DNA of 25,194 nt from Octopus sinensis (Eukaryota), in contig NW_021836207.1 of the NCBI RefSeq assembly GCF_006345805.1, positions 1-25,194 of the forward strand, in the 5' to 3' direction. Shown piece after piece: positions 12,601-21,412 of this stretch. The position numbers were made by a program, and so were the translations under genes. The number at the start of each line of letters is the position of its first letter. Position 1 is the stretch's first letter. The notes below the pieces were generated by a model that did no database searches, was not told the origin of the DNA, and worked only from the letters and a program-made list of their open reading frames with translations.

Positions 12601-12837
12601 CGTGTATTGTAATTCATCACTGATTTTCTATACATATGTTATAACATTCTGTTTTTTTCTTCACACAATTTTTTATAAGAAGCTGTCTGTTCCCACACAT
12701 TTTCTAAACCCTTCAGCATAAAGCTTTTATTATAAACATCAATGGACCCCTTTGTTGGAAATGAATCAAAACACTTATTATTATTCTTGTTATTACTATT
12801 ATTATTGCTGTTGTTATTGTTGTTGTTGTTAGCACCA

Positions 12838-13016
12838 TGTACGTTCGCATTGTGAGTTCAAATTTTGCCAGAGTCGACTTTGCCTTTCATCCTTTCGGGG
12901 TCAATAAATTCAGTACCAGTTACATATTGGGGCTCGATGTAATTGACTTAACCCCTTCCCCCAAATTTGGGGCCTTCTGCCTGTAGTAGAAAGGATTATT
13001 ATTATTATTATTATTA
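12838..13016 (+). mobile_element. Family C tRNA-derived SINE, 5'-truncated, (TTA)n tail
   Basis: B-box-like GAGTTCAAATT, then GTCGACTTTGCCTTTCATCCTTTCGGGGTC...AGTACCAG, shared with 13016-13372 and 17531-18118. Confidence 0.8.
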
Positions 13017-13372
13017 GCGATGTTTCAGCCGTCTTTACGTTCTGAGTTCAAATTCCGCCGAGGTCGACTTTGCCTTTCATCCTTTCGGGATCGATTATAT
13101 AAGTACCAGTTTCGCACTGGGGTCGATGTAATCGACTTAATCCCTTTGTCCTTGTTTGTCCCCTCTGTATTTAGCCCCTTGTAGGTAGTAAAGAAATAGG
13201 TATTTCGTCTGCCGTTATGTTCTGAGTTCAAATTCCGCTGAGATCGACTTTGCCTTTCATCCTTTCGGGGTCGGTAAATCAAGTACCAGTTATGCACTGG
13301 GGTTGATATAATCGACTCAATCCATTTGTCTGTCCTCTCTGTGTTTAGCTCCTTGTGGGCAATAAAGAAATA
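13016..13372 (+). mobile_element. Family C SINE head-to-tail dimer (~180-bp units)
   Basis: Two units joined at AAAGAAATA|GGTATTTCG (~13199); each has GAGTTCAAATTCC and CCTTTCATCCTTTCGGG. Confidence 0.85.
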
Positions 13373-13520
13373 ATAATAATTATTATTACTATTGTTATTA
13401 TTATTATTACTATTATTGTTGTAATTATTTTTGATATCATCATCATCGTCAACGTTAATGTCATCATCGATATTATTAACCGACATCATAATATTGTCAT
13501 CGTCATCATCATTATCATCA
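13372..13520. repeat. (TAA)/(TTA)/(CAT) trinucleotide low-complexity tract
   Basis: Directly visible; source of the poly-N/D/I ORFs. Confidence 0.9.
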
Positions 13521-13871
13521 TCGCTTTCGTCTCCCACAGTATTGTTCCCACCGTCCCAGATAATTCCTGGCTTCCAAGAGGGCCCCCCCCCCAACATTTA
13601 ATTTCAAATGTGAGTCATCTAATTACAATTGTCAGCAGAGCACAGGATGACGTCCACAGCACTCAATGACCGCGTTAACCCACACCCCACACCCATCCTA
13701 CCTGTAACCTCCACAAATCTTGAGCAATGAGGGAGGGGGGAACCGAGGGAGACCCACATGCCACCCCCATCTCTCTCCAAATATATAAGTGTGTGTCTGC
13801 ATGTGTGTTTATACATACATAGGTGTGTGTGCGTGCGTGTGTGTATGTGTGTGGTGTGTGTGTGTTTGTGA

Positions 13872-14090
13872 AGATGCTTGGTTCAGTGGTTACATCATCG
13901 ATCTCGCAATCATGAGGTACTGAGTTCAATTCCTGGACCGGGTTGCATGTTGTGTTCTTGAGCGAGACTCTTTATTTCACGTTGCTTCAGTTAACTCAGC
14001 TGTAGAAATGAGTTGCGACATCACAGGTGCCAAGCTGTATCGGCCCCTTAGCTTTTCCCTTGGATAACATCAGTGGCATGGATAGGGAAG
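13872..14090 (+). mobile_element. Family D tRNA-derived SINE
   Basis: A-box-like TGGTTCAGTGG (13879-13889) and B-box-like GAGTTCAATTCC (13922-13933), then TGTTGTGTTCTTGAGC...CTCAGCTGTAGAAATGAG; ends in microsatellite. Confidence 0.65.
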
Positions 14091-14094
14091 TGTG

Positions 14095-14109
14095 TGTGTC
14101 TGTGTATAT

Positions 14110-14142
<33 letters not shown>

Positions 14143-14191
14143 ATATGTATGTGTATATATATATATATATATGTGTGTGTGTATGTATTTG

Positions 14192-14236
<45 letters not shown>

Positions 14237-14264
14237 GTATGTATATATATATGTATGTATATAT
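14095..14264. repeat. (TA)n/(TATG)n microsatellite
   Basis: Directly visible. Confidence 0.95.
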
Positions 14265-14421
14265 CATGGGTTTCTTTCAGTTTCCTTCTACCAAATCCAT
14301 TCACAAGGCTTTGGTTGGCCTGAGGCCATAGTAGAATACACTTGCCCAAGGTTCCACACAGTGGGACTGAACCCAGAACCACGTGGTTGGGAAGCAAGCT
14401 AATTACCACACAGCCACACTC
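14265..14421 (-). mobile_element. Family A SINE 5' head
   Basis: Reverse complement of the head: TTTCAGTTTCC...CACTTGCCCAAGG...GGGACTGAACC...TTACCACACAGCCAC. Confidence 0.9.
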
Positions 14422-14773
14422 TGGTTTAAACTTAAACATAAACATCAGATGTGTGCTCCAGGCTGGCCATGCATAAATCAAATTAAGACCTCAAACAACA
14501 TATAATCAATATTTCAATGCAAAAAATGCAAAATTTCACAGTTTCTGACGCGATTATAAAATGATAACAATATTAATGGAATCAAACAATGGAAGACGGA
14601 ACTTAATCTTGGAGGAAATTGATTGAGCGAAGATTTTGGAGGGAATCAAATCAGAAATCGTGTTTATCAGGTTTGAATCTGTTGAAAGATTTATTAATTC
14701 TTCGTGGTTGGTCGTGGAAGGAGATTTCAAACACGATTGTGAAATGTTATATACATAATAGATACACACACAA

Positions 14774-14774
<1 letters not shown>

Positions 14775-14812
<38 letters not shown>

Positions 14813-15350
14813 GATGTGCATGTGTGTATGAGAAAATGTATGTATATATGTATTTATGTATGTATTTATGTATGTACGTATATATGTATGCATGCGTATA
14901 TATATGTATGTATGTATGCATGTATGTATGTATTAATGTATGTACGTATATATGTATGCATGCGTATATGTATGTATGTATGTATGTATGCATGTATGTA
15001 TTTATGTATATATATATGTATGTATGTGTATATATATGTATGTAAGTACATACATATGTATATATGCATGTAGGCGTATATGTATGTATTTGGGTATGTA
15101 TGCACATATGTGTGTATGCATATATGTGTGTATACATCTATGTATGTGTGTATGCATGTACACATGCATGTATGTGAGTATGCATGAATGCATATATTTG
15201 TGTGTGTGAGTGTGGGTATATATTTGTGTATATATGTATGTGCGTATGCTTTTATACATCTATGCATGCATGCTTGGGTGTATATATGTATGTATGCATG
15301 CATTTGTGTATGTATGTATGTATGTATGCATGCTTGCATATATGTATGTT
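14775..15350. repeat. (TG)n then degenerate (TATG)n microsatellite
   Basis: Directly visible; source of the many MYVCMY/HTYIHT ORFs. Confidence 0.95.
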
Positions 15351-15426
15351 CTTTTCCGTATTGAATCATTGAAATTCTTCCGCTGAAGAAGGAGCTGGTC
15401 TCTAACAAAGACACAATGCTGCATTG

Positions 15427-15646
15427 TTAGAAAGTAAATAACTTAAGCAAAGTCTCGCATATCTTTACTCTTCCTCTTACAGACTGCATTTGCAATGTGC
15501 AAATCGGTTGATTTCTCTTTCTGAAAAATCCAAGCTCATCCAGACTGGCAGTTAGGCCTTTACTTACAAAACCAAATGCTCCGAATATTACGGGTATAAA
15601 TGTAAATTTGTAATCTGGATATAGAAGCTGGGAATTTTCAAAGCAG
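15427..15646 (-). pseudogene. C-terminal end of the RLE domain of an R4/Dong-type non-LTR retrotransposon ORF (decayed)
   Basis: Hand translation of 15630-15427(-): QLLYPDYKFTFIPVIFGAFGFVSKGLTASLDELGFFRKRNQPICTLQMQSVRGRVKICETLLKLFTF*. This fits the remembered P-V/I-x-x-G-A-L-G motif and GTVKICKT-like terminus of RLE ORFs. A stop plus a 1-nt frameshift lie just upstream (CTG CTT TGA AAA TTC C). Confidence 0.75.
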
Positions 15647-16066
15647 TTACTCTTTTACTCTTTTACTTGTTTCAGTCATCTGACTGCGGCCATGCTGGAG
15701 CACCGCCTTTAATCAAGCAAATCGACCCTGGGACTTATTCTTTGTAAGCCCAGTACTTATTCTATCAGTCTCTTTTGCCGAACCGCTAAGTGACGGGGAC
15801 GTAAACACACTAGCATCGGTTGTCATGCAATGCTAGGGGGACAAACACAGACACACAAACATATACACACACATACATATATATATGTTTATATACATAT
15901 ATACGATGGGCTTCTTTCAGTTTCCGTCTACCAAATCGACTCACAAGGCATTGGTCGGCCTGAGGCTATAGTAGAAGACACTTGCCCAAGGTGCCACGCA
16001 GTGGGACTGAACCCGGAACCATGTGGTTGGTAAACAAGCTACTTACCACACAGCCACTCCTGCGCC
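15647..16066 (-). mobile_element. Family A SINE, full length
   Basis: Head GGCGCAGGAGTGGCTGTGTGG (A box), GGTTCAGTCCC (B box), CCTTGGGCAAGT, a central TA/CA microsatellite, the body, and a (TAAAAGAG)n tail. Confidence 0.92.
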
Positions 16067-16222
16067 TATATTTGTTGTCCATAATCATCTTCTTTCTCTT
16101 TGATTTTCAAAGAGATAGTCACATCAGCAGGATGTCAGACCTCTATGACAGTACATGTTTTTTTCATGTATGTCTCAAATAACAATATCTGACCTGTTCT
16201 TCTTACACTTGATAAATGGATG
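16067..16222 (-). pseudogene. RLE catalytic-core segment of the same retrotransposon (decayed)
   Basis: Minus translation with one frameshift in an A7 run: KCKKNRSDIVI*DIHEK/TCTVIEV*HPADVTISLKIKEKEDDYGQ. This fits the RLE pattern N-R-P-D-I-V...I-E-V-S...K-E-K-x-x-x-Y. Confidence 0.75.
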
Positions 16223-16261
16223 TATGTATGTACGAATGGATAAATGATAGAAAATAAAACA

Positions 16262-16423
16262 ACAGGAGTGGCTGTATGGTAAGTAGCTTGCTAACCAACC
16301 ACATGGTTCCGGGTTCAGTCCCACTGCGTGGCATCTTGGGCAAGTGTCTTCTGCTATAGACTCGGGCCGACCAATGCCTTGTGAGTGGATTTGGTAGACG
16401 GAAACTGAAAAAAGCCTGTCGTA

Positions 16424-16463
<40 letters not shown>

Positions 16464-16685
16464 TGCCTGTGTGTGTTTGTGTGTCAGTGTTCGTCCCCCT
16501 AGCATTGCTTGACAACCGATGCTGGTGTGTTTATGTCCCCGTCACTTAGCGGTTCGGCAAAAGAGACCGATAGAATAAGTACTGGGCTTACAAAGAATAA
16601 GTCCCGGGGTTGATTTGCTCGACTAAAGGCGGTGCTCCAGCATGGCCGCAGTCAAATGACTGAAACAAGTGAAAGAGTAAAAGAG
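16262..16685 (+). mobile_element. Family A SINE, full length
   Basis: CAGGAGTGGCTGTATGG, GGTTCAGTCCC, CTTGGGCAAGT, (TA)n linker, body, and GAAAGAGTAAAAGAG tail. Confidence 0.92.
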
Positions 16686-16696
16686 AGAGAGATTTA

Positions 16697-16825
16697 TCAT
16701 CATCATCATCGTTTAACGTCTGCTTTCCATGCTGCCATGGGCTGGGCGGTTTGACTGGGGTCTCGGAAGCCAGGAGGCTGCACCAGGCTCCAATCTGATC
16801 TGGCAGTGTTTCTACAGCTGGATGT
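16697..16825 (-). mobile_element. Family B retroposon 3' end
   Basis: (CAT)n-CGTTTAACGTC...CCATGCT...GGCTGCACCAGGCTCCAATCTGATCTGGCAGTGTTTCTACAGCTGGATG is the reverse complement of the family B tail. Confidence 0.88.
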
Positions 16826-17166
16826 CATGCAAATGGCACCTGTGCCAGTGGCGCATAAGGGGCACCCATTACACTCTCGGAGTGGTTGGCATTAGGAAAG
16901 GCATCCAGCTGCAATAAAACCATACCAAATCAGACTGGAGTCTGGTGCAGCCTTCCAGCTGACCAGCCCTGGTCAAACCGTCCAACCTAGTGGTTCCCAA
17001 AGCAGGTGGTATTGCTCCCTCCAGGGTGGAGCGATGAAAAGTGGGGCAATAATGGGATAGCGATTCATGTAAAAAAGTTTGGGTAGAGAGTCATGTAAAA
17101 ACTGGTCCAACCCATGCCAGCAAGGGCAACAGATGCTAAATGATGATGATGGTGATGATGATGATG
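16826..17166 (+). mobile_element. Family B retroposon 3' part, interrupted by a MITE
   Basis: GGAGTGGTTGGCATTAGGAAAGGCATCCAGCTG...GTCCAACC [insert] GTCCAACCCATGCCAGC...(GAT)n. Confidence 0.85.
16988..17104. mobile_element. 117-bp hAT-like MITE remnant
   Basis: 8-bp TSD GTCCAACC at 16980-16987 and 17105-17112. The left end TAGTGGTTCCCAAA resembles hAT CAGTGGTTCYCAA termini; the right end is degenerate (AAAGTTTGGG...ACTG). Confidence 0.65.
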
Positions 17167-17224
17167 TATATCCCTTTAGTTTTTGAACCTTTCAAAGTAC
17201 CTTTGAATCGCTGGGCAAAAGGCT

Positions 17225-18219
17225 GTGCTTGAGAAGATCTGTTGAGTCAAGTAAAATTGTAGCTGTGACTGGTGGCAGTGCCGCCTGACTGGCACCCATG
17301 CTAGTGGCACATAATAAGCACCATTCAAACATGGGTCGATGCCAGTTTCACTTGACTGGCTCCTAGTGCCAGTGGCATGTAAAAAGCACCATCCGAACGT
17401 GATTGTTGCCAGGCCCGCCTTACTCGCTCCCATGCCGGTGACACGTAAAAAGGACCCACTACACTCATGGAGTGGTTGGCATTAGAAAGGGCATCCAACT
17501 GTAGAAACTGTGCCAGATCAGATTGGAACCTATTTCTTTACTACCCACAAGGGGCTAAACACAGAGAGGACAAACGGATTAAGTCGATTATATCGACCCC
17601 AGTGTGTAACTGGTACTTATTTAATCGACCCCGAAAGGATGAAAGGTGAAGTCGACCTCGGCGGAATTTGAACTCACAACGTAACGGCAGAGGAAATACC
17701 TATTTCTTTACTATCCACAAGGGGCCAAACACAGAGGACAAACAAGGACAGATAAGCGGATTAAGTTGATTATATCGACCCCAGTGTGTAACTGGTACTG
17801 ATTTAATCGACACCGAAAGGATGAAAGGCAAAGTCGACCTCGGCGCAGAATTTGAACTCAGAACGTAACGGCAGACGAAATACCTATTTCTTTACTACCC
17901 ACAAGGGGCTAAACACAGAGTGAGGACAAACAAGGACAGACAAACGGATTAAATTGATTACATCGACCCCAGTGCGTAACTGGTACTTATTTAATCGACC
18001 CCGAAAGGATGAAAGGCAAAGTCGACCTCGGCGGAATTTGAACTCAGAACGCAGCAACAGGCGAAATACCGCTAAGCATTTCGCCCAGTGTGCTAACAGT
18101 TCTGCCAGCTCGCCGCCTTCAGACTGGAACCTGGTGCAGCTTCCTAGCTTCCCAGTCCCCAGTCAAACCGTCCCACCCATGCCAGCATGGAAAGCAGACA
18201 TTAAACAATGATGATGATG
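17225..18219 (+). mobile_element. Family B retroposon interrupted by a family C trimer
   Basis: Three TG(G/A)CA(C/T)(G/A)TAA...G(C/G)ACC subrepeats, then GGAGTGGTTGGCATTAGAAAGGGCATCC; it resumes after 18118 with TGGTGCAGC...CCCATGCCAGCATGGA and a (GAT)n tail. Confidence 0.85.
17531..18118 (-). mobile_element. Family C SINE concatemer (three ~170-187 bp units, one 5' head)
   Basis: Units begin with ACCTATTTCTTTACT at 17528, 17698 and 17882. A single head lies at ~18070-18117. 13-bp TSD TCAGA(T/C)TGGAACC at 17518-17530 and 18119-18131. Confidence 0.88.
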
Positions 18220-18220
18220 T

Positions 18221-18439
18221 ATTCAGGACCCAAATATTCCATCTCTTTTATGCTGAAACTGGGCAGGTTCAGCCTCTCACACCTAGTCGAGAAGGTCATT
18301 CTAGAAAGAAACGATTCCATCATTGAAATCTCAAAGCTTTGAGATAATGTAGAATTAATTCAATGCGAAGTGAATAAATAAAGCATTTTACATTTGACAG
18401 AATAATTTGAATGTGCAAAAAAAAAAGGGGGGGGGTTAA
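18221..18439. mobile_element. Probable piggyBac-like MITE with the left end missing
   Basis: Right end AAA..GGG..TTAA (homopolymers expanded) resembles the inverse of a TTAA-CCCTTT piggyBac terminus. It contains the 18-bp palindrome ATCTCAAAGCTTTGAGAT (18328-18345). Family recognised from memory only. Confidence 0.45.
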
Positions 18440-18689
18440 ACTTTTAAACAAGAATTCTTTGGATGCAAAACTTGTTTCTGTCTTCTTCCCATTAATGAAA
18501 AGAAGAGGGGATGGGGGGGTCAGTAATTTTAGTGGGTGGAGGGTGGGGGCTGTGGTGGTATTTTTTTAGTGTGAGAACAACTGATGTAGAGGTTCCTTCT
18601 TTGGTTCAAGTGAGTGTGGCTCTAAAAGTGTGTGTGTGTGTGTGTGTGTGTGTGTATTGTTTTGCTGAGACTTGTGGGCATTCTGATTG

Positions 18690-19255
18690 CATTTCAATAG
18701 TTACCCCGCCATCACCACCATTAGAAATACCATTGCCACCACCACCAAGGTTAACAGCAATCTTACCATGACTACCACCATCACTACTAACAACATCACC
18801 ATCATCATCACCATCATCATTATTATTGCCATCATTGCCTTCATCATCATCATCATCATAATCGTCATCATCATTACCATCAACAACACCACAACCACCA
18901 CCACCATCATCATCATCATTATTGCCATCATTGCCTTTATCATCATCATCATCATCGACAGCATCACAACCACCACCACAACTACCATCATCACCATCAT
19001 CATCATTATTCTTGCCATCATCATCATCATAATCGTGATCATCATCATCATCACCATCGACAGCATCACAACCACCACCACAACCACCACTACCATCACC
19101 ACCACCATCATCATCATATCATCATCATAGTCGTCATCACCATGCACTGCCACGCCCACCATCCTCCACACCTTCACCACCACCACCACCACGGTGATCA
19201 TAACCATCATCATCATCATCATCTACATCATAAACACTACCACCACCATCTCCAT
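18690..19255. repeat. (CAT)/(CAC) trinucleotide tract 1
   Basis: Directly visible, with recurring cassettes ATTATTGCCATCATTGCC and CATCGACAGCATCAC. Confidence 0.95.
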
Positions 19256-19584
19256 CCTACACCACAGCATTTAGCTCAGTGTATTTCCGTGGCTGACATT
19301 TCAAATGTCATATGTGAGCCTCAAAGGGGACACCGGTGGGGGGGGGGGAGAAAACTGGTAGTGTGGTGGTGGTGGTGGTGGTGAAAAAGAAGAAAGGGGA
19401 CAGGAAGGAGACTGGGAGTAACCATGTTCTGTGCTCCTCCCAACCACTCCACCTCCAGCCCCCAATCCCCCCCCCCGTTCCATAGCAATAACAAACCCAG
19501 CAGGGAGACACTGGTGGGGAGGAAGGATTATTGTTGCCTCTTCCTCTTAGCCTAACCCTCCCACCCTCACCTACTTTGCAGCAT

Positions 19585-19955
19585 ATCATCACCATCATCA
19601 TCATCACCATCATTGCCTTCATCATCATCATCACCATCGACAGCATCACCATCATCACAGCCACCACCACCCCCATCACTACCATCATCATCATTATCAC
19701 CACCACCATCATCATCATCATCATTATTGCCATCATTGCCATCATCACCATCATCATCACCATCATCATCATCACCATCATAATCGTCATCATCATTATC
19801 ACCACCACCATCATCATCATTATTGCCTTCATCACCATCATCACCATCATCATCATCGCCATCATCACCATCATCACCATCATAATCATCATCATCATAA
19901 TCGTCATCATCACCACCACCATCGACAACATCATGACCACTACAACCACCACGAA
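19585..19955. repeat. (CAT)/(CAC) trinucleotide tract 2
   Basis: Same cassettes as tract 1. Confidence 0.95.
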
Positions 19956-19964
19956 CACAATTTT

Positions 19965-20095
19965 CTGCTGAGTGGCTTGGAGTGGACACCAAACAGAATT
20001 ATCTTCACGAAAGACACAACATGTCGTCCTCTCTGAGGATTGAAACTACGACCTTGCAATGAAGACTCCAACAGTCTTAACCATGAGATCAAAAC
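19965..20095 (-). mobile_element. Possible old family D SINE head
   Basis: Minus strand reads CATGGTTAAG...AGTTTCAATCC...CATGTTGTGTCTTT...CACTCAGCAGAAA, loosely matching 13872-14010. Confidence 0.4.
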
Positions 20096-20160
20096 ATCTT
20101 TAAGTCTCACAGCTGAGGCCCAGGAGGGTGATAAAGATGAGCAAATGGATAACGTGCTTA

Positions 20161-20285
20161 AGAGACCGATAGAATAAGTACTGGGCTTACAAAAGAATAA
20201 GTCCCGGGGTCGATTTGCTCGATTAAAGGCGGTGCTCCAGCATGGCCACAGTCAAATGACTGAAACAAGTAAAAGAGTAAAAGAG
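20161..20285 (+). mobile_element. Family A SINE 3' end (5'-truncated)
   Basis: AGAGACCGATAGAATAAGTACTGGGC...GGCGGTGCTCCAGCATGGCC...GTAAAAGAGTAAAAGAG. Confidence 0.9.
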
Positions 20286-20296
20286 TATATATATGT

Positions 20297-20670
20297 ATTC
20301 TTTTATTCGCATATTTCTTTGTCATTTAACTGTGGCCATGCTGGAGTGCTGCCTTTGAGTTGAGCAAGTACTAATTCTATTGGTCTCTTTTGCCAAACTG
20401 CTAAGTTACAGGGATAGAAGCACACCAGCATTGGTTGTCAATCAATGGTGGGGGTGGGGGGATAAACACAGACACATAAACATACACATACACATGCATA
20501 TATATATATACGACGGGCTTCCTTCAGTTTCCATCTACCAAATCCACTCACAAGGCTTTGGTCAGTCTGAGGTTATAGTAGAAGACACTTTCCCAAGGTA
20601 CCACATAATAGGACTGAACCCAGAACCATGTGGTTGGTAAGCAAACTACTTACCATACAGCAACTCTTGC
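20297..20670 (-). mobile_element. Family A SINE, near full length, diverged
   Basis: Reverse complement of the body (GGCCATGCTGGAG, CTCTTTTGCCAAAC) and head (GGACTGAACCC, CTTACCATACAGC), with an internal deletion. Confidence 0.85.
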
Positions 20671-21049
20671 TATATATATTATATAGGTAAGACTCGTGAG
20701 CAGTCATCGAAAAACTTGTTGTGCATTTTGTTGGCGAAAGAAGTTCCTGGATTTCCTGAAGAGAAAGCTGCATAATGGGACTCCTATTCTTTCGGAATTA
20801 GGGATTTTGCAGACTTCGAAACATATGTCGAAAATAAAATAAAGGAATTTTGTTAAATCTTCGTTCAGCTCCATTCTTTCCATATTACTTAATATATTAA
20901 ATTAAACTTCAAATTTCCGCACTAAGGCACGGAGTATATGCTCTATGGTCGTAACTTCAACCGTGATTTTTCTGTTGTGAGTTTGCTACCCAGGTATCAG
21001 TTATCTTTCGAATTATCTGTAATAAGATAATTCATTTGTCTACTTAAAT

Positions 21050-21101
<52 letters not shown>

Positions 21102-21412
21102 CAGGGTGAATACTTGATAATTGTAAGCACCTCGATTCTACATCGAGTGAAAAACGGGATGGACGCTTTGATTTTGTTTTGGTGCCTCGCTCTGTCGTAC
21201 GCGACTTTTGAGGATTTGCATCCCCAACGTAAAACTTATAATGTAATACATGTCCTTGAAGTAGTAATTGTACGCGGCTGAAGAAGGCTATTGACACACA
21301 TTTACATCAATTATGCATTGTTATAAACCATCTAATAAAGGCCTGAAACATATGTACTGCTAAATCCTTTGCATCATGTTTTTATTTTGATAAATATATA
21401 TATATATATATG

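Noticed and set aside
12210-15414. Numerous YIYI/MYVC/HTHT ORFs
   Set aside because: They are translations of di- and tetranucleotide microsatellites.
15380-15430. CTGAAGA-AGGAGCTGGTCTC hammerhead-like motif beside the palindrome ACAATGCTGCATTGT
   Set aside because: The GAAA core is replaced by TAAC and no stem I/III arrangement fits; it is probably 3' UTR sequence of the RLE element.
15563-15630. Apparent 60-nt host exon on the minus strand (CAG...GTAAGT)
   Set aside because: The frame continues through the GTAAGT into RLE-like residues up to a stop, so the splice-like signals are incidental to the retrotransposon ORF.
16262-16330. tRNA gene (A and B boxes present)
   Set aside because: I cannot build a cloverleaf, and it continues directly into the SINE body; all such boxes in the window are SINE heads.
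19567-19992. Asp/Gly-rich ORF resembling acidic biomineralisation proteins
   Set aside because: It is the reverse reading of a (CAT)n tract. There is no signal peptide, and equally long ORFs occur in other frames.
20025-20055. CTGAGGA-TT-GAAAC as a minimal hammerhead
   Set aside because: There is no room for stem II and no stem I; it is better explained as the reverse of a SINE B-box region.
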